A DNA stretch of 64,000 bases from Leucoraja erinacea. Its lineage: Eukaryota. The position numbers and the translations under genes are program-made. The DNA lies in the NCBI RefSeq assembly GCF_028641065.1, contig NC_073409.1, positions 7,998,001 to 8,062,000 on the forward strand, written 5' to 3'. The notes beneath the pieces are model-generated. The model was given only the letters and a program-made list of their open reading frames with translations, was not told the DNA's origin and searched no databases. Below, piece by piece: positions 1-13,518 of the stretch; position 1 is the stretch's first letter; each line of letters begins with the position of its first letter.

Positions 1-49
1 GGATTCGGAGTCAGACATTTGAACTCAAGGAGCAAATAAGGTCAACTTA

Positions 50-402
50 GGGTGGCACAGTGGTGCAATCAAGTCAAGTTTATTCGTCACATACACATAC
101 AAGATGTGCAGTGAAATGAAAAGTGGCAATGCCTGCGAACTTGTAGTATTGCTGCCTTGCAGTGCCAGAGTCCCGGGTTTGATCCCAACTACGGGTGCCG
201 TCTGTATGGAGTTTTCTGTGGGTTTTCTCCGAGATCTTCAGTTTTCTCGAACACTCCAAAGACATACAGGTTTGTAGGTTAACAGGCTTGGTATAAATGT
301 AAATTGTCCCTCGTGTGTGTAGGATAGTGGCAATGTGTGGGGATCACTGGTCAGTGCAGACTTGGTTGGCCGAAGGGCCTGTTTCCGGGCTGTATCTCTA
401 AA
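50..402 (+). mobile_element. tRNA-derived V-SINE (HE1-like) with a short LINE-tail fragment inserted in its head
   Basis: Head GGTGGCACAGTGGTGCA...CCCGGGTTTGATCCC, V-domain-like GGGTTTTCTCC...CCAAAGACATACAGGTTTGTAGGTTAA, tail GGCCGAAGGGCCTGTTTCC...TGTATCTCTAAA. Same family recurs at ~795-1160, 1785-2070, 46430-46735(-), 59740-60180. Confidence 0.8.
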
Positions 403-794
403 TTAAAATAGCCAGAGGAAACCCATACGGTCACAGGAACAAAACCCCACACAGAGGGTCCCCGAGGTCAGGATTGAACCCAGTCTCTGGTGCAATGAGG
501 CAGCATCTCTTCCTGCTGCATCACTGGGCTGTCTTCTATTTTTGTTTTCAAATTTCCAGCATCTGCAGGTTTTTGATGTTGATTTACGAGTCATTTCTGC
601 AAGTCAGCCAGTGAGATTTGATTTGTGGGACTATCCATCTAGTTTTTAATGAAAGCACTCTCTACCAATTTACTTCTCAGGATTGCAAAGGCCCCATGAA
701 ACGTTTCCCCACTGTGGGCCCTGCCACCCTCTACAGCCACCCCTGCTGCCACACATGCTCCATTCACCAAATATCTCTGCAATGCTATCCAAGG

Positions 795-1160
795 CACAGT
801 GGTGCAGAGGTAGAGTTGCTGCCTTACAGCACCAGACACCCAGGTTTGGTCATGTCCACGGATGCTGTGGTACAGAGTTTGTATATTCTTCCTGTGACCG
901 TGTGGGTTTTCTCTGGGGGTTCCGGTTTCCTCCCACACTCCAAAGAAGTACAGGTTTGTCGGTTAATTTTTTTCCTAAAAAAATAATCTCTAATGTGTAG
1001 GATAGTGTTAGTGTACGGGGTGATCCGATTCAGATTCAATTTTAATTGTCATTGTCAGTGTACAGTACAGAGACAACGAAATGCATTCCTGTGCAACGAT
1101 CATTGGTTAGTGCGGACTCAGTGGGCCAAAGGGCCTGTTTCCACGCTGTATCTCTAAAGT
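795..1160 (+). mobile_element. V-SINE (HE1-like) copy with internal short insertion
   Basis: Same head, V-domain and tail as the 50-402 copy. Confidence 0.75.
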
Positions 1161-1784
1161 CTAATGTCTAAAGGCATCAACTATTTACCGAGCACAACAC
1201 CATACCAGGGCAAAATGCCAGGAAGAGGTGTTGCCATGCAAGGTTGGTAGTTGGTTATTCAAGTGCCCCTTTCTCAGAGAGCACCAGAGGAGGTGCCACC
1301 TATCAGGGTCAACATAACAGATGCTATGAAAGCAGAGGCGGTAAAAGACAGCATATCTCTGTTACGCTATCAGCATAAGACTAGTTAAAGGAACCTGGAG
1401 CAGATAGATGGTAACATGCACCGCTGAGCGCCGCAAATCAATCTGATGCACATTTATTCTTCAAATAATCTTACAGCTCATTCATTTCTCTCTATTTGTA
1501 TTCATGTGCCAGCAAGGCAGATGTTCGAGCTGTAACATATGAAACTCTTGATGCATTGACATCCTAAAAAATCTTTGCACAGCAAATAATTCTAACACAA
1601 CCCACTGACACATTGGTTATCACTGTGTGTATGATCAGCAAACTGAAAATGAATAAGAAGACTTGTCTAAATGTGCGAAGCATATCATAAAGTAGGCGAT
1701 GGATCAGCAAATCAGAAAAACAACAGATGTTGGAATTATGAAGAAAAAAAACAGGGAATGCTGGAAACAACCAAAGATTGGACA

Positions 1785-2070
1785 GCACGGTGGCATAGCT
1801 ATAGAGCTATTGCTTACAGAGCCAGAGACCTGGGTTCAATCCTGACCATGGGTGCTGTCTGTACGGAGTCTGTACATTCTCCCTGTGACCTGCGTGGGTT
1901 TTCTCCGAAAATCCAAAGGCATACAGGTTTGTAGGTTAATTGGCTTAGTATAATTGTAAATTGTCCCTAGCTTGTGTAGGATAGTATTAGTGTACAGGGA
2001 TTGCTGGTCGGTGCGGACTCAGTGGGCCAAAGGGCCGGTTTCCGCGCTGTATTTCTAAACTAAACTAAAC
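1785..2070 (+). mobile_element. V-SINE (HE1-like) copy
   Basis: GCACGGTGGC...GGGTTCAATCC (B-box-like)...GGGCCAAAGGGCC...(CTAAA)n tail. Confidence 0.8.
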
Positions 2071-3941
2071 CCACAGATCAGGGAGGTTAAGGAGACAGGA
2101 GAGAAAATTATTAGTTGTACTATTTACTGACAAGAAGTATAAAATGATCATAGGCACCAAGGTTTGCGAATATGCACCAGTGTTGGGATTTTGCAAGTGT
2201 TTCAATAGTTAATCAGCTCCATCATTCACATTTAAATTAAAGAAGAACTTTGAATTCATGATCTGCAAAAGGTCAGTAAAATTTATTGCCCTCATAACGG
2301 CAATATTCCCCATAATTTTGACTGGGTAGTCACTTTCATCATCCTTCGAAATGTCACGTTGTCCATAAGTATTTAAGAGCCCGTTACAATGCATGGAACC
2401 AAAGCATTCCTTGCCGTGCCAGCTGGCCAGATTGATAGGAGTGCCATGGCAGCCATTTGAACTTAATTTTAGGAGATTACAATTTGTGGAAAGAACTTAA
2501 ACTGTCAGCGGCTGAACAAATGAACACGAGAAAGATGTTAATTTGTGACACCTTTATAAGTGAAGCTGGACAGGAAATTAAGCAATGCTTTTCATGAGAT
2601 CCACATGCCAGGCTGGTCAAGAAATTCAAAGCCCATGGGATCAGGATCAGTAAAACTGGGTCATCGAGAAGGACAAAGGGTGCCAACTGTTGGGGTTATT
2701 GTAATTGGAAGCTGGTGCCAATGGGTTCCATAGGTCTCAGCATCAACACAGTGCTTTGTATAATATACGTTACTGAGTTAGATCTATGTATCGGGGGGCT
2801 TGATACCAAAGTTGGCCGATTGCTTGAGGAGGAATGGTTAGGGACTGCAGGAGGATGCTGATGGCCTGGTCCACTGAGCAGAAAAATAGCAAATGCGAAT
2901 ATAAGGAAGGACCAGGTCTCTGGCTCAGTCTATTAGATAACAATGCAACAAGCCTTGCAAACTGCTTTACACAATAGGAAACCTTACAACAAATGTACAG
3001 CAAATCTAGATAAAAGTAAAGGAAACCTAGAGTTTCTTACCATTTACTCCGGACGTTTTAACTCAACTTCCCAAGATGAAGAGTGGATTATTTTCAAGTG
3101 GTCTCTAAATTTCGCTCAGTAAGAGCAACCAGCTTGCAAAGAAACTTGGCAAGTTTGCTGATTAAACTCTTTGGTGTCTCAGTTGATGGAGCAGAAACCA
3201 GGAGGGAGGACAGGTCGTATCTCCTGACATCAGTTTGAAGAAGATGTCGCGACCCGAAGCGTCACCCATTCCTTCTCTCCAGAGATGCTGCCTGTCCCGC
3301 TGAGTTACTCCAGCATTTTGTGGCTATCCAGGAGGGAGGACCTTGTGCCATTCAGATAGTCCATGTGAATCATTGTCTGTCCAACTGGAGATTAAATGAT
3401 TTGAGATGATTAAATGTGCCCACACAGAAGATCGCAAAGTACAGGAATGTTGAGATGGGAATCTTTGTCTCTGTATCCTTTGTCTCTCTGCTGAATGGTT
3501 AGCATGCAACAAAATCTTCTCCGTACAGGTGACAATAAACAATAAACTAAACAATGCATGAGCATTATCACGATGGCTGCATACCTTGGATGGCAGGTGG
3601 GTGTTTTATTTACTGTGGGGTAGACAAAGAAGGAACAAAGGTGATTGCAGAGAGAAGTGCAGAGGGGTGGGGAGAGGGATTCAGAGAGGAGATCAGATCA
3701 TGCAAGTGAATGGAGCAAAAACAGAAGGACTTTGGCAAAGAAGTCCAAGTAAAATCTAAATTAAGGAAATTCTGAAAGTACGAAGGCAAGATGAATGTGG
3801 TTGTTTGGGATGATAAATTGAGACAGTGGAGAGGAAAAGAAATAAGCTGTGAAAAATTCATCAGGCAAAAATAGCACTAAAGGAAAAGTGATTTATCCAC
3901 GGTTGATCAAAGAAATTAAAGATTTTAAAAATTAAAGACCC

Positions 3942-4072
3942 GTCTGAAGAAGGGTTTTGACCCGAAACGTCACTCATTCCTTATCTCCAGAGATGCTGCC
4001 TGTCCCACTGAGTTACTCCAGCTTTTTGTGTCTTTCTTCGGTTTACATCAGCATCTGCAGTTCCTTCTTACA
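3942..4072 (+). mobile_element. Penelope pLTR-derived short repeat containing a hammerhead-like motif
   Basis: CTGAAGA-A-GGGT-TTTG-ACCC-GAAACGTC followed by AGAGATGCTGCCTGTCCC..TGAGTTACTCCAGC..CAGCATCTGCAGTTCCTTC. Homologous to the 3' end of the Penelope element at 11259-11350; more than 15 copies in the window. Confidence 0.7.
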
Positions 4073-7000
4073 AATTAAAGGTAGTATTGAATCGAATGAG
4101 GAGGCTTATACAATTGCTGGGACTGCAATAGGCTCGAGGACTGGGAGAAAAGCAAGTAAGAATGTGAGAGTAGACTGGCGAGAAGTATAAAAACAGACAG
4201 TAAAAGTCTTTATGGGCCGTAAAAAGATGAGCAAATGCAAGTGGAATGTGCTTAGAGTCAGAGAAGAGAATTTATAATACAGAATAAGGAAATGGCAGAG
4301 GGATTCAATAAAACTTGCTGGATGGATGAGGATAATCTGTAGCACTGGAGAAGCTGGTAAACCTAAAAGCCAATTGATCCGCAGGTATTGATGATCACCT
4401 ACAGGTTATCACCTTATGTAGGTTCTGTGTTTGTTAATCTGGGGTAATTTACAGAGACCAATTTACCAACAAACCCACAAGTCTTTAGGATGTGGGAGGA
4501 AGCTGGAGCACCTGCAGGAAGCCTAGTTTGCACAGTGAGAACGTGCAAACCCCACACAGGCAGCATCTGTGGTCAGGATTGATCCCGGCTCTCTGGCGCT
4601 GTGAGGCAGCAGCTCTACCTGCTGCCGCACTCATTCTTATCAAGGAATATAAAGGAAATCGTACAAAATATTCTGCAGACACATAAATAAAAAGTTGTGG
4701 AGAATTAGACAGGAGAAATCACGTGGTAAAAAATAAGAAAACAGAAGTATGAAATGACTTTGCGGCCAATATTTACCAGGGGGACATTACATGGGAAGAG
4801 AAAGGAGATGACTCACCAGATTTAATATGAAAAGAGCTGAAATATGAAAGGAATTAAATGAATTCCAAACAAATATCACAATTTTTGTCAACACATTTTG
4901 AAATAATCCAGGCCTGAGGGAACAGAGCCAAGTTACACATATTTACCAATTCATTGATGTTCAATTAGCTCCGCTTCTCTCTCCACACGTGACGGGTGAC
5001 TTGAGAATTTGCAGTTTTGTGTAATTATGCCGTGTCTGTGAAAGTGTGTATGAGTGTGTAAGTGTGTGGTAGTGCTTGTAAAAGTGTGTCTAGGTAATTG
5101 TATGTGTTAAATGTATGTTTTTAGTGTTCTTTAGCTATGTGAGGGTGGGAGGGTTTGGGAGCCACTTTTTCTAATCTCTTACCGTGACGAAGATGCAATT
5201 TTTTTTCTGTATCGTATCTCGGTCCACACTGTGACCTAACATCGAGGAGTTGGTAGCCTTTGCTGGAGACCGACTTCGAGAGCTCCAACCACGGTTGCTT
5301 GCAGACTTTCATCACGGAGCCCACGATCTCTGGTCAGAGACCGACTTCGGGAACTCCAAGTCACGGGAGTTTCGACCGCACGGACGCGGGAGTTTCGATT
5401 GCCCCGACAGATGGTTTGACTGCCCCGACCGCAGGAGAATAAAGAGGAAGAAGCTTGAACATTTTTGCCTTCAATCACAATGAGGAATGTGGGAAATCCA
5501 CTGTGGTGGATGTTTATGTTAACTTTTATGTAGTTGTGTATCTTGTTGCTTTTTTTTTCATATGGCTGTATGGTATTTCGCATATCACTGTACCTTAATT
5601 GTTACATGTGACAATAAAAGACCTTTGAAATCTTTGATTAGAAATTGATTCAGTGCCAGAGGGAAAGCTGAATTTGACAAGAAGTTGGAGCGAGAGCAGA
5701 TGGCTCCTGACATGTAGGCACTGTGTAAGGATATTGGTTGCTAACACACATGCTGCATAATTAATAAATATCGGATTTATTTAAATGATCCCAGTCCCGA
5801 AGGACTGGCAGTACAAATCAATGTGAAAATGCACAACCCAATATTATATTGGACTCTGAAACCAGACGGTGTTTACAGCTGTTAGTTGACAACAATATTG
5901 GCTTCAAAATTTTCAGGGTATTGAAATTTACTTGCAATTTTATAAAAATCTGAAAAATAAAAAAGGTTTTCTTGCAGAAACTATAAATATTCCTAAGTTT
6001 TAGGAGTAGAATTAGCCCATTCGGCCCATCGAGTCTACTCCGCCACTCCATCATGGCTGATCTATCATTCCCTCTCAACCCCATTCTCCTGCCTTTGTTC
6101 CATAACCCCGGACAACTGTCTTAATCAAGAATTTGTCCATCTCCGGTTAAAAATATCCATTGACTTGACTCCACAGCCGTCTGTTGGAATATTGTTGGGA
6201 TCCATCACTTTGGAAAGTGGATGAAGTTCGAACCGCACAAACTGTACAGTGAGGGCACATTACAAACTCATTTTGTTCAGTCTGCAGTCTGTGTGCAGAC
6301 GGAATTCTGCAGCCAATATTCGGGGAAAGTGGAGCGTAGCAAAATAAATTACTTTCAAAGCCGAGGACCGAGAACATACCATTGCATTTACTAACACAAG
6401 TGATATACTAACCCTAGTATGTATAAAGGAACTGCAGATGCTGGTTTACACCAAAGATAGACACAAAATGCTGGAGTAATTCAGCGGGACGGGCAGCATC
6501 TGTGGAGAGAAGGAATGTAATAATGTGGTGATTTATAACAAGGCAAATCTCAGAAGCAAACAATACCACAATGAGATGTATATAGTGGCGAAGTGAGCAA
6601 AAGTCAGCAAGAAGGGATTTGATGTGTTAGCAGGAAGTCAGAAAGTCAATCCTAACTGTTCAGGCAGCATGAGCTGCAGAAAGTAATAAGGGAACCGGTG
6701 AAAGCAAAGAGGAAAAACAAGGTGCTGTTAATAGAAATGAGCAAAATAAATTTACAGGGTGGAGCAATGATACAGGATGGGATAAATTATCCGTACAAAT
6801 GTTCCGGGGATAACCAAGAACAGTCATTAGTTTCAGAATATTGACAATTTCCTCATATACGTGTGCACAAATGCGATTAAATTAGTTGTTAAAATTTTGA
6901 AATTAGCACAATATTATGTTGTGGACTAAGACTGAGGCTCCAACACTGCAGGCCCATGAGTAAACCAGCCACCTACCTTGTTGCACTAGAACAGGTATGC

Positions 7001-7454
7001 GCACGTGAATGTGTTTAGTTCGGTATAGTTTAGAGATACAGCACGGAAACAGGCCATTCGGCCCACGGAATTCGCACGAACCAGCGATCCCCGTATGTTA
7101 CACTATCCTACCCACATTAGGGAAATTTTACAATTTACACAGATGGAACAAAATATTTGCTTATCTTTTGTCTTTTCCAATATTTTCCGTTTTACATGTC
7201 CATGGAACCACCTGTAATCATGTTTCTCACTCATCTACTCTTGAAATCCACGCAGTTTAACTTACCTTTTTAATCCAGTTCTACAGATAAAAATACAAAG
7301 TGCCAGAGTAACTCAACGGGTCAGGTAGCACCTCTGGAGGACATGAATAGGTGACATTTCGGTGGCCTATCCATGTTCTCCAGAGATGCTGCCTGGCCAG
7401 CTAAGTTACTCCAGCACTCTGTGTCATTTCCCAACAATCACCCCAAATATTCAC

Positions 7455-7830
7455 GTGTAGGAAGGAACTGCAGATGCTGGTTTAAACCGTAGACACAAGA
7501 GGCTGGAGTAACTCAGCAGGACAGGCAGCAACTCTGTAGAGAAGGTATGGGTGATGTTTTGGGTCGAGACCCTTCTTCAGACCATCCCCTCCCCTTCCCA
7601 GTTCTCCTACCAGTCTGATTGCCTCGAACTACATCTTATCTCTGTACCATCCTCTCCCCTTGCCATGTCTGAAAAAGGGTCTCAACCCGAAACGTCACCG
7701 ATTTCTCTCCAGCGATGCTGCCTGTCCCAGTCTGAAGAAGGGTCTCAACCCAAAACGTCACCCATTCCTTCTCTCCAGAGATGATGCCTGTCCCGCTGAG
7801 TTACTCCAGCTTTTTGTGTCCATCTTCACC
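7455..7830. repeat. Inverted plus tandem cluster of Penelope-derived short repeats
   Basis: A minus-strand copy (7455-7582) faces two tandem plus-strand copies (CTGAAAAAGGGTCTCAACCCGAAACGTC at ~7669; CTGAAGAAGGGTCTCAACCCAAAACGTC at ~7732). Confidence 0.7.
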
Positions 7831-9883
7831 CTACATATTCATATTCATAAGAAGGATTCCGAAGCCTATTCCTTTTCTCCGGAGATGCTGATTACTCCAG
7901 AGTTACTCCAGAATTTTGTGTCTATTATAAACCAGCATTTGGAACAGGCTGGAAGGTGACCGATTGAGGTTATTTCATTCTGTGAAAAGTAAATAAGTGC
8001 AAATTGCAGCCACTTCATTGGAAGGTGAAATTGTGATCTCCAGGTTCTTCTCTGAGGCCCCATCACTGAGGAGCAAACAGGATCAATGGATGGTGTGGAC
8101 CTGGTGGGCCGAAGGGCCCGCTTCCACGCTGTATCTCTAAAAAATGCAGCCAGGTGGCTCGACTCAAATGAAAGGGCCATGTTGATCTCCCAGCCACGGT
8201 TGGGATGAAGCTGAAAGGACAGACACAAGATGCGAGCTGTCCTCAACACAGGATGTACAATTGTATACCCAGTGGTGCAGTTAGGACATATTTGACAAGC
8301 TTTTCCCAAATATTGGTGTTGCTGTGCAACTGGATTTAGAGATGCCTTGCTCCAATTTGGTTTAGTTTAGTTTAGGTACAGAGTGGAAATGGGCCATTCG
8401 GCCCATCGAGTCCATGCAGACCAGCACTCACCACATACACTAGTTCTACCCTGCACACTTGGGACAAATTTCAGAAAACAATGAACCTACAAACATGCAC
8501 GTCTTTGGAATGTGGGAGGAAACCGGATCACCCAGAAAAAACCACCAAGATCTTCCCGTGAACGGAAGGCTTGAGGCCCCCCGACCGCGGGAGAACAAAG
8601 AAGTGAAGAGATTTAACTTTTTTTTCACCTTCCATCACAGTGAGGAATGTGGAGGTGTCACTGTGGTGGATGTTTATGTTAAAATGCATATTGTGTGTTC
8701 CATTGCTTTTTATTTGTAAGACTGACCTGGCAAATGACATTCTTCGTATATTGCAAAACATACTTGGCTTATAAAGTATTATTGTATTGTACCTGGTTTC
8801 TTATGAAGATAAATTTCTAACAGGAATAATTGTGAAATTCCTTCCATAAAAGTAACATTGATGTTTCAGAAACATTTAAACAGGTGCATGGATAGCACAG
8901 GTTTAGAGGGACTGGTAAGGACCAAATGCAGGTAGGTGGGACTAGAGTAGATGGGACATGTTGGCCCGTGTGGGCAAGTTGGGCCATAGGGCTTCTTTCC
9001 ACACTGCAAGTCTCTATGATCCTATTTGACTTGAGCACACAAAGTAATAAGTATTAAGAGGGGAAGTTTCAAAGATGAGGGCTTAAATTGGTCAAAAAGA
9101 CCAGAAGAAGCTAAGGCTCAGGGTCTTCTACGCTAAAAAAAACACTGCGTGAAATTGTGACCACGGAAATCAATTGATCTTGAGAGTGGAAACTTGAATG
9201 TGTCATTCACACAGTACAATGTGACACTTCAATCTATACAGTTAACATCACCCAACCCACCGAAATGAACAAATTTGACCTGGTTTAAAATAGCACTGGC
9301 AGTGTAAGCAGCAGTTTTAGATCTGCTACTTTTCTCACCCATCAAGCGTTGCTGAAATCAACCAACTTGCACCTTACAAGCTGCACAGATAGGAAATTCC
9401 AAAACAGGCAATGGACAAAATTGTGAACGCTTCACATGCTTGAATTTTCATTGTGGGTGCATGGGTCCACTTATGGGTCAAGATATTTGCAAACACAAAA
9501 CTTTGACATGGCACTGAACTCTGTTTTGAAAATATTATACAGATCTGAAAATGGAAAACCTTTTGAGCTACAACGCAACATTAATTAGGTGTAAATTGAT
9601 CTGAGGTGCTTCATATACAAGACTATCCTTGCAATAGAGAGACTAACTGGAACAATAATAAAGGAATATCACTGGCCAAAACTTCAGCTCATTGCTCCCT
9701 CTTGACAATGAAACTTCTAAGCTCAGTCCGCTGAAGTTGAAAGGTTAAAGGCACAACCTTAGAACCAACAAAGCCCCATCACAAATTAGGCTATGTGGCA
9801 AAGTGGCACATATTCTGCAACGGTATTGAAGCAGTTACATAGTTCTACATAGATTTCCTCAACTGAAAGTTGATAAACCCAAG

Positions 9884-9967
9884 GGATGGATGGATGGATG
9901 GATGGATGGATGGATGGATGGATGGATGGATGGATGGATGGATGGATGGATGGATGGATGGATGGAT
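9884..9967. repeat. (GGAT)21 microsatellite
   Basis: Perfect tetranucleotide array read directly; it explains the MDGW/IHPS pseudo-ORFs. Confidence 0.97.
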
Positions 9968-10741
9968 TGAGAAGATGCAGAGAACACAGGGAACTGATAT
10001 ACTTGGTACAGGCATTACATGGCTGTTGTCCACCAAGCTTTCATATTTATAATATAGAAAGCCATTTGGCCCACCAAGTCTGTGCCAACACTAAGTAGTC
10101 CATTAATCCAATTCACACATTTATTTCCATGTAATCTATTCTCTTTCACCTGTCCAGCAACTCCCAATGGTTCTCCTGCTGCCCACCTACTCATGGTGCA
10201 TTTACAGTCGACAATTAACCTGCTAACTTGCTAAGCTTTGAAATGCGGGAGAAAACTAACATGATCATGGAGAGGATGCAAAGTGTTGGCGTAACCTAGC
10301 AGGTCAAGCAGCATCTCTGGAAAACATGGATACGTAAAGTTTCGGATCGGGACACTATGTGTCCTTTCGTGTAATCCAGCACCTTCAGTCCCTTGTTTCT
10401 ACATGATCATGTTCATAAGTTATAGGAGCAGAATTGGGCTATTCTGCCCATCAAGTTTACTCCGCATTCAATAGTGGCTGACCCATCTTTCTCTCGCAAA
10501 CCCATTCTCCTGCCTTCTCCCCCTAACCACGACACCCATACTAATCATGAACCTGTCAATCTCCACCTTAAATATATCCATTGACTTGGCCTCCACAGCC
10601 CTCTGTGGCAATGAATTCCACAAATTCATCACCCACCCACTAAAGAACTTGTTCATCATTTCCTTTCTGGGACATTATTTTATTCTGAGGTTATGGCCTC
10701 TGGTCCTTGACTCTTCCACGAGTGGAAACATCCTTTTCACA

Positions 10742-12925
10742 TCCACTCCATCACAAGGAGACTGTGCAAACTCCACATAGACAATTCTGGAGGTCAGGAT
10801 CAAAGCCAGGTCATTGGATCTGTGAGGATGCATTACTCAGGCAGTGGATGGGTCTGAAAATATTGACAATATCCTTGGTCTCTGCTGCTGCCAGGACTTG
10901 ACTAAGTTAACCATAGTGACATGCAAATGTTCTGTAGGAGATTAATTGGGACAATGTTAACCAGTGGGCTCACTTGTTTCTGCAAAATGGCAACTAAATC
11001 ACCTTCACTGACAACGACAGCAAATATAATTGGATTGATTTCCCCTTTGATTTCTTGGACAACATTTCCCTGTAAACTCTACATTTTCAAAAACTGCATA
11101 AATGGGATCCATCAATAATACAAATTGACCTGCCTAATTCCTGAGAGGAGGACTACCAATGGTTATCAGTCAATGTCAAACTAATAAACCGACACACTGT
11201 TGGGGCCGGCTATCATCCAATCATTAAGAAATGTTTGATAAAAGCCTCTTTGCAAAATACCAGGTAGACAAAAATGCTGGAGAAACTCAGCGGGTGGAGC
11301 GAAGGAAATAGGCAATGTGTCAGGCCAAAACCCTTCTTCAGACTGATGTGAGGGTGAGGGGGCGGGAAGAAGAAAGGAAGAGGAGGAGCCAGATGGCTGT
11401 AGGGAGAGTTGAGAAGGGGAGGAGACAGTAAGCACTACCTGAAATCAGAGAAGTCAATGTTCATACTGCTGGGGTACAAACTGCCCAAGTGAAATATGAG
11501 GTGCCGCTCCTCACCCTGGCCATGGAGGAGGCCAAGGACAGAAAGGTCGGAATCGGAATGGAAGGGGGAGTTGAAGTGTTGAACCACCCGGAGATCAGGT
11601 TGGTTATTGCGAACCGAGCGGAGGTGTTTGGTGAAGTGTTCGCCAAGCCTACGCTTGGTCTCACCGATGTAGATCAGCTCATATCTAGAGCAGTGGATGC
11701 AATAGATTTGGTTGGAGGAGGTGCAAGTGAACCTGTCGCACCTGGAAAGACTGCTTGGGTCCTTGAATGGAGTCAAAGGGGGAGGTAAAGTGACAAGTGT
11801 AGCATTTCTTGCGGTTGCAAGGGAAAGTGCCCGGAGAGGGGATGGTTCGGGTGGGAAAGGACGAATGGACCTGGGAGTTACGGAGGGAGCAGTCTCTGCG
11901 GAAAGCGGACAGGGGAGGTGATGGGAAGATGTGGCAAGTGGTGGTCACGTTGGAGGTGGAAAAAATGACTGAGGATTATTTGTTGTACGTGACGGCTGCT
12001 AGGGTGGAAGGTGAGGACTGTGGGGACTGCGGGGACTCTGCCCTTGTTACGAGTGGGGGGATGGGGAGAGAGAGCAGTTTCACGGGGTATCGAAACCCTG
12101 GTGAGAGCCTCATCTATGGTAGAAGAGGGGAACCCCCATTCCCTGAAGAATGAGGATATCTCCGATGCCCTGGTGTGGAACACCTCATCCTGGGAGCAGA
12201 TGCGGCATAGATGGAGGAATTGGGAGTAGGGGATGGAGTCCTAACAGGAAGCAGGGTGGGAAGAAGTGTAGTCTAGATAGCCATGGGAGTCAGTGGGTTT
12301 ATAGTGGATGTCGGTCAGAAGTCTATCACCTCCGATGGAGATAGTGAGGACCAGAAATGGTAGGGAAATGTCGGAAATGGTGCATTTGAGTGCCGGATGG
12401 AAGTTAGTGGTGAAATGGACGAAGTCAGTGAGTTGTGTGTGGGTGCAGGTGGTAGAACCACTGCAGTTGTCGATGTAGCGGAGGTAGAGTTCGGGGATGG
12501 GGCCTGGTATGTCTCGAACAAGGATTGTTCGACGTACCCTACAAAGAGGCTGGCATAGCTAGGGCCCATGAGCGTTCCCATAGCTACGCCTTGTATTTGG
12601 AGGAAATGGGAGGAGTCAGAAGAAAATTTATTAAGGGTAAGGATCAGCTCCGCTAGGCACAGGAGAGTATCAGTAGACGGGGATTGGTTAGTTCTCCGGT
12701 CGAGGAAAAAATGGAGGGCTTTGAGTCTCTCCTGGTGGGGGATGGAGGTGTAGGTGTAGAGTGTAGTTTGCAAAATGCATATTATTTTCCCAGGCTCAGT
12801 TGTACAGCTCTTACAAGGCAGCACTAATTCCATGTTAGTGCCTGATCCAGTGAGGCTTCAGTGAGTGTAACCACTTGAACACATGTACCATCAGATTCCA
12901 GCACAGTCCATCACAGCACACTTCT
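10742..12925 (+). repeat. Left arm of an inverted duplication (copy of 19322-20004), split by a Penelope insertion
   Basis: 10742-11258 is the reverse complement of ~19466-20004, and 12767-12925 is the reverse complement of ~19325-19475, with scattered substitutions and indels. Confidence 0.93.
11259..12766 (-). mobile_element. 5'-truncated, frameshifted Penelope-like retroelement (RT + GIY-YIG endonuclease)
   Basis: Minus-strand peptides GVAMGTLMGPSYASLFVGYVEQSLF (PLE RT), PGTFPCNRKKCYTC (CCHH-type linker) and SSNQIYCIHCSRYELIYIGETKRRLGEHF (GIY-YIG). Flanked by a direct repeat TTTGCAAAAT at 11249-11258 and 12767-12776. Confidence 0.92.
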
Positions 12926-13478
12926 CGAATGTCAGTACTAGAGAGCAGTGAAAAGATTTGGGAATACATACAAATCTAATGCAATTTGGCATGTTGCCAA
13001 AGATTCCAACTTTATAGATGCATAGATTCGCAGAGTCATACAATGTGGGAACAGGCCTTTCGGTTCAACTTGCCCATGTCGATCAACATGCCCCATTTTC
13101 ACTTGTCCCTCCTGCCTGCGTTTGGACCATATCTCTCTAAACCTATCCATGTACCTGTCCAAATGTTTCTTGAAAATGTTGCAATAGTAACTGCCTCAAC
13201 TACGTCCTCCAGCAGCTCGTTCCATACTCTTTATGTAAAAATGCTACCCCTCAGGTTCCTATTATATATTTACCTCCTCATCTTAAACCCATGTCCTCTG
13301 GTTCTTGATTCCCCTACACTGGGCAAAAGACTGTGCATTTATCTAATCTATTGTACTCATGATTTTTTGCACCGTAGAAAGCATCCTATGGATTGCAGCG
13401 CAACTTGGCTTGGTTTCGACCAAGACCTCAAGAAATTTCAAGGAGACGTAGGTTTAGCCCAGTCTACCATGCAACTTA

Positions 13479-13518
<40 letters not shown>

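Noticed and set aside
9845-10098. ORFs with MDGW/IHPS repeats
   Set aside because: Translations of the (GGAT)n microsatellite.
1-10700. Protein-coding exons of a neighbouring gene
   Set aside because: Only SINE/LINE/PLE fragments and short unsupported ORFs were recognisable; small exons cannot be excluded by eye.
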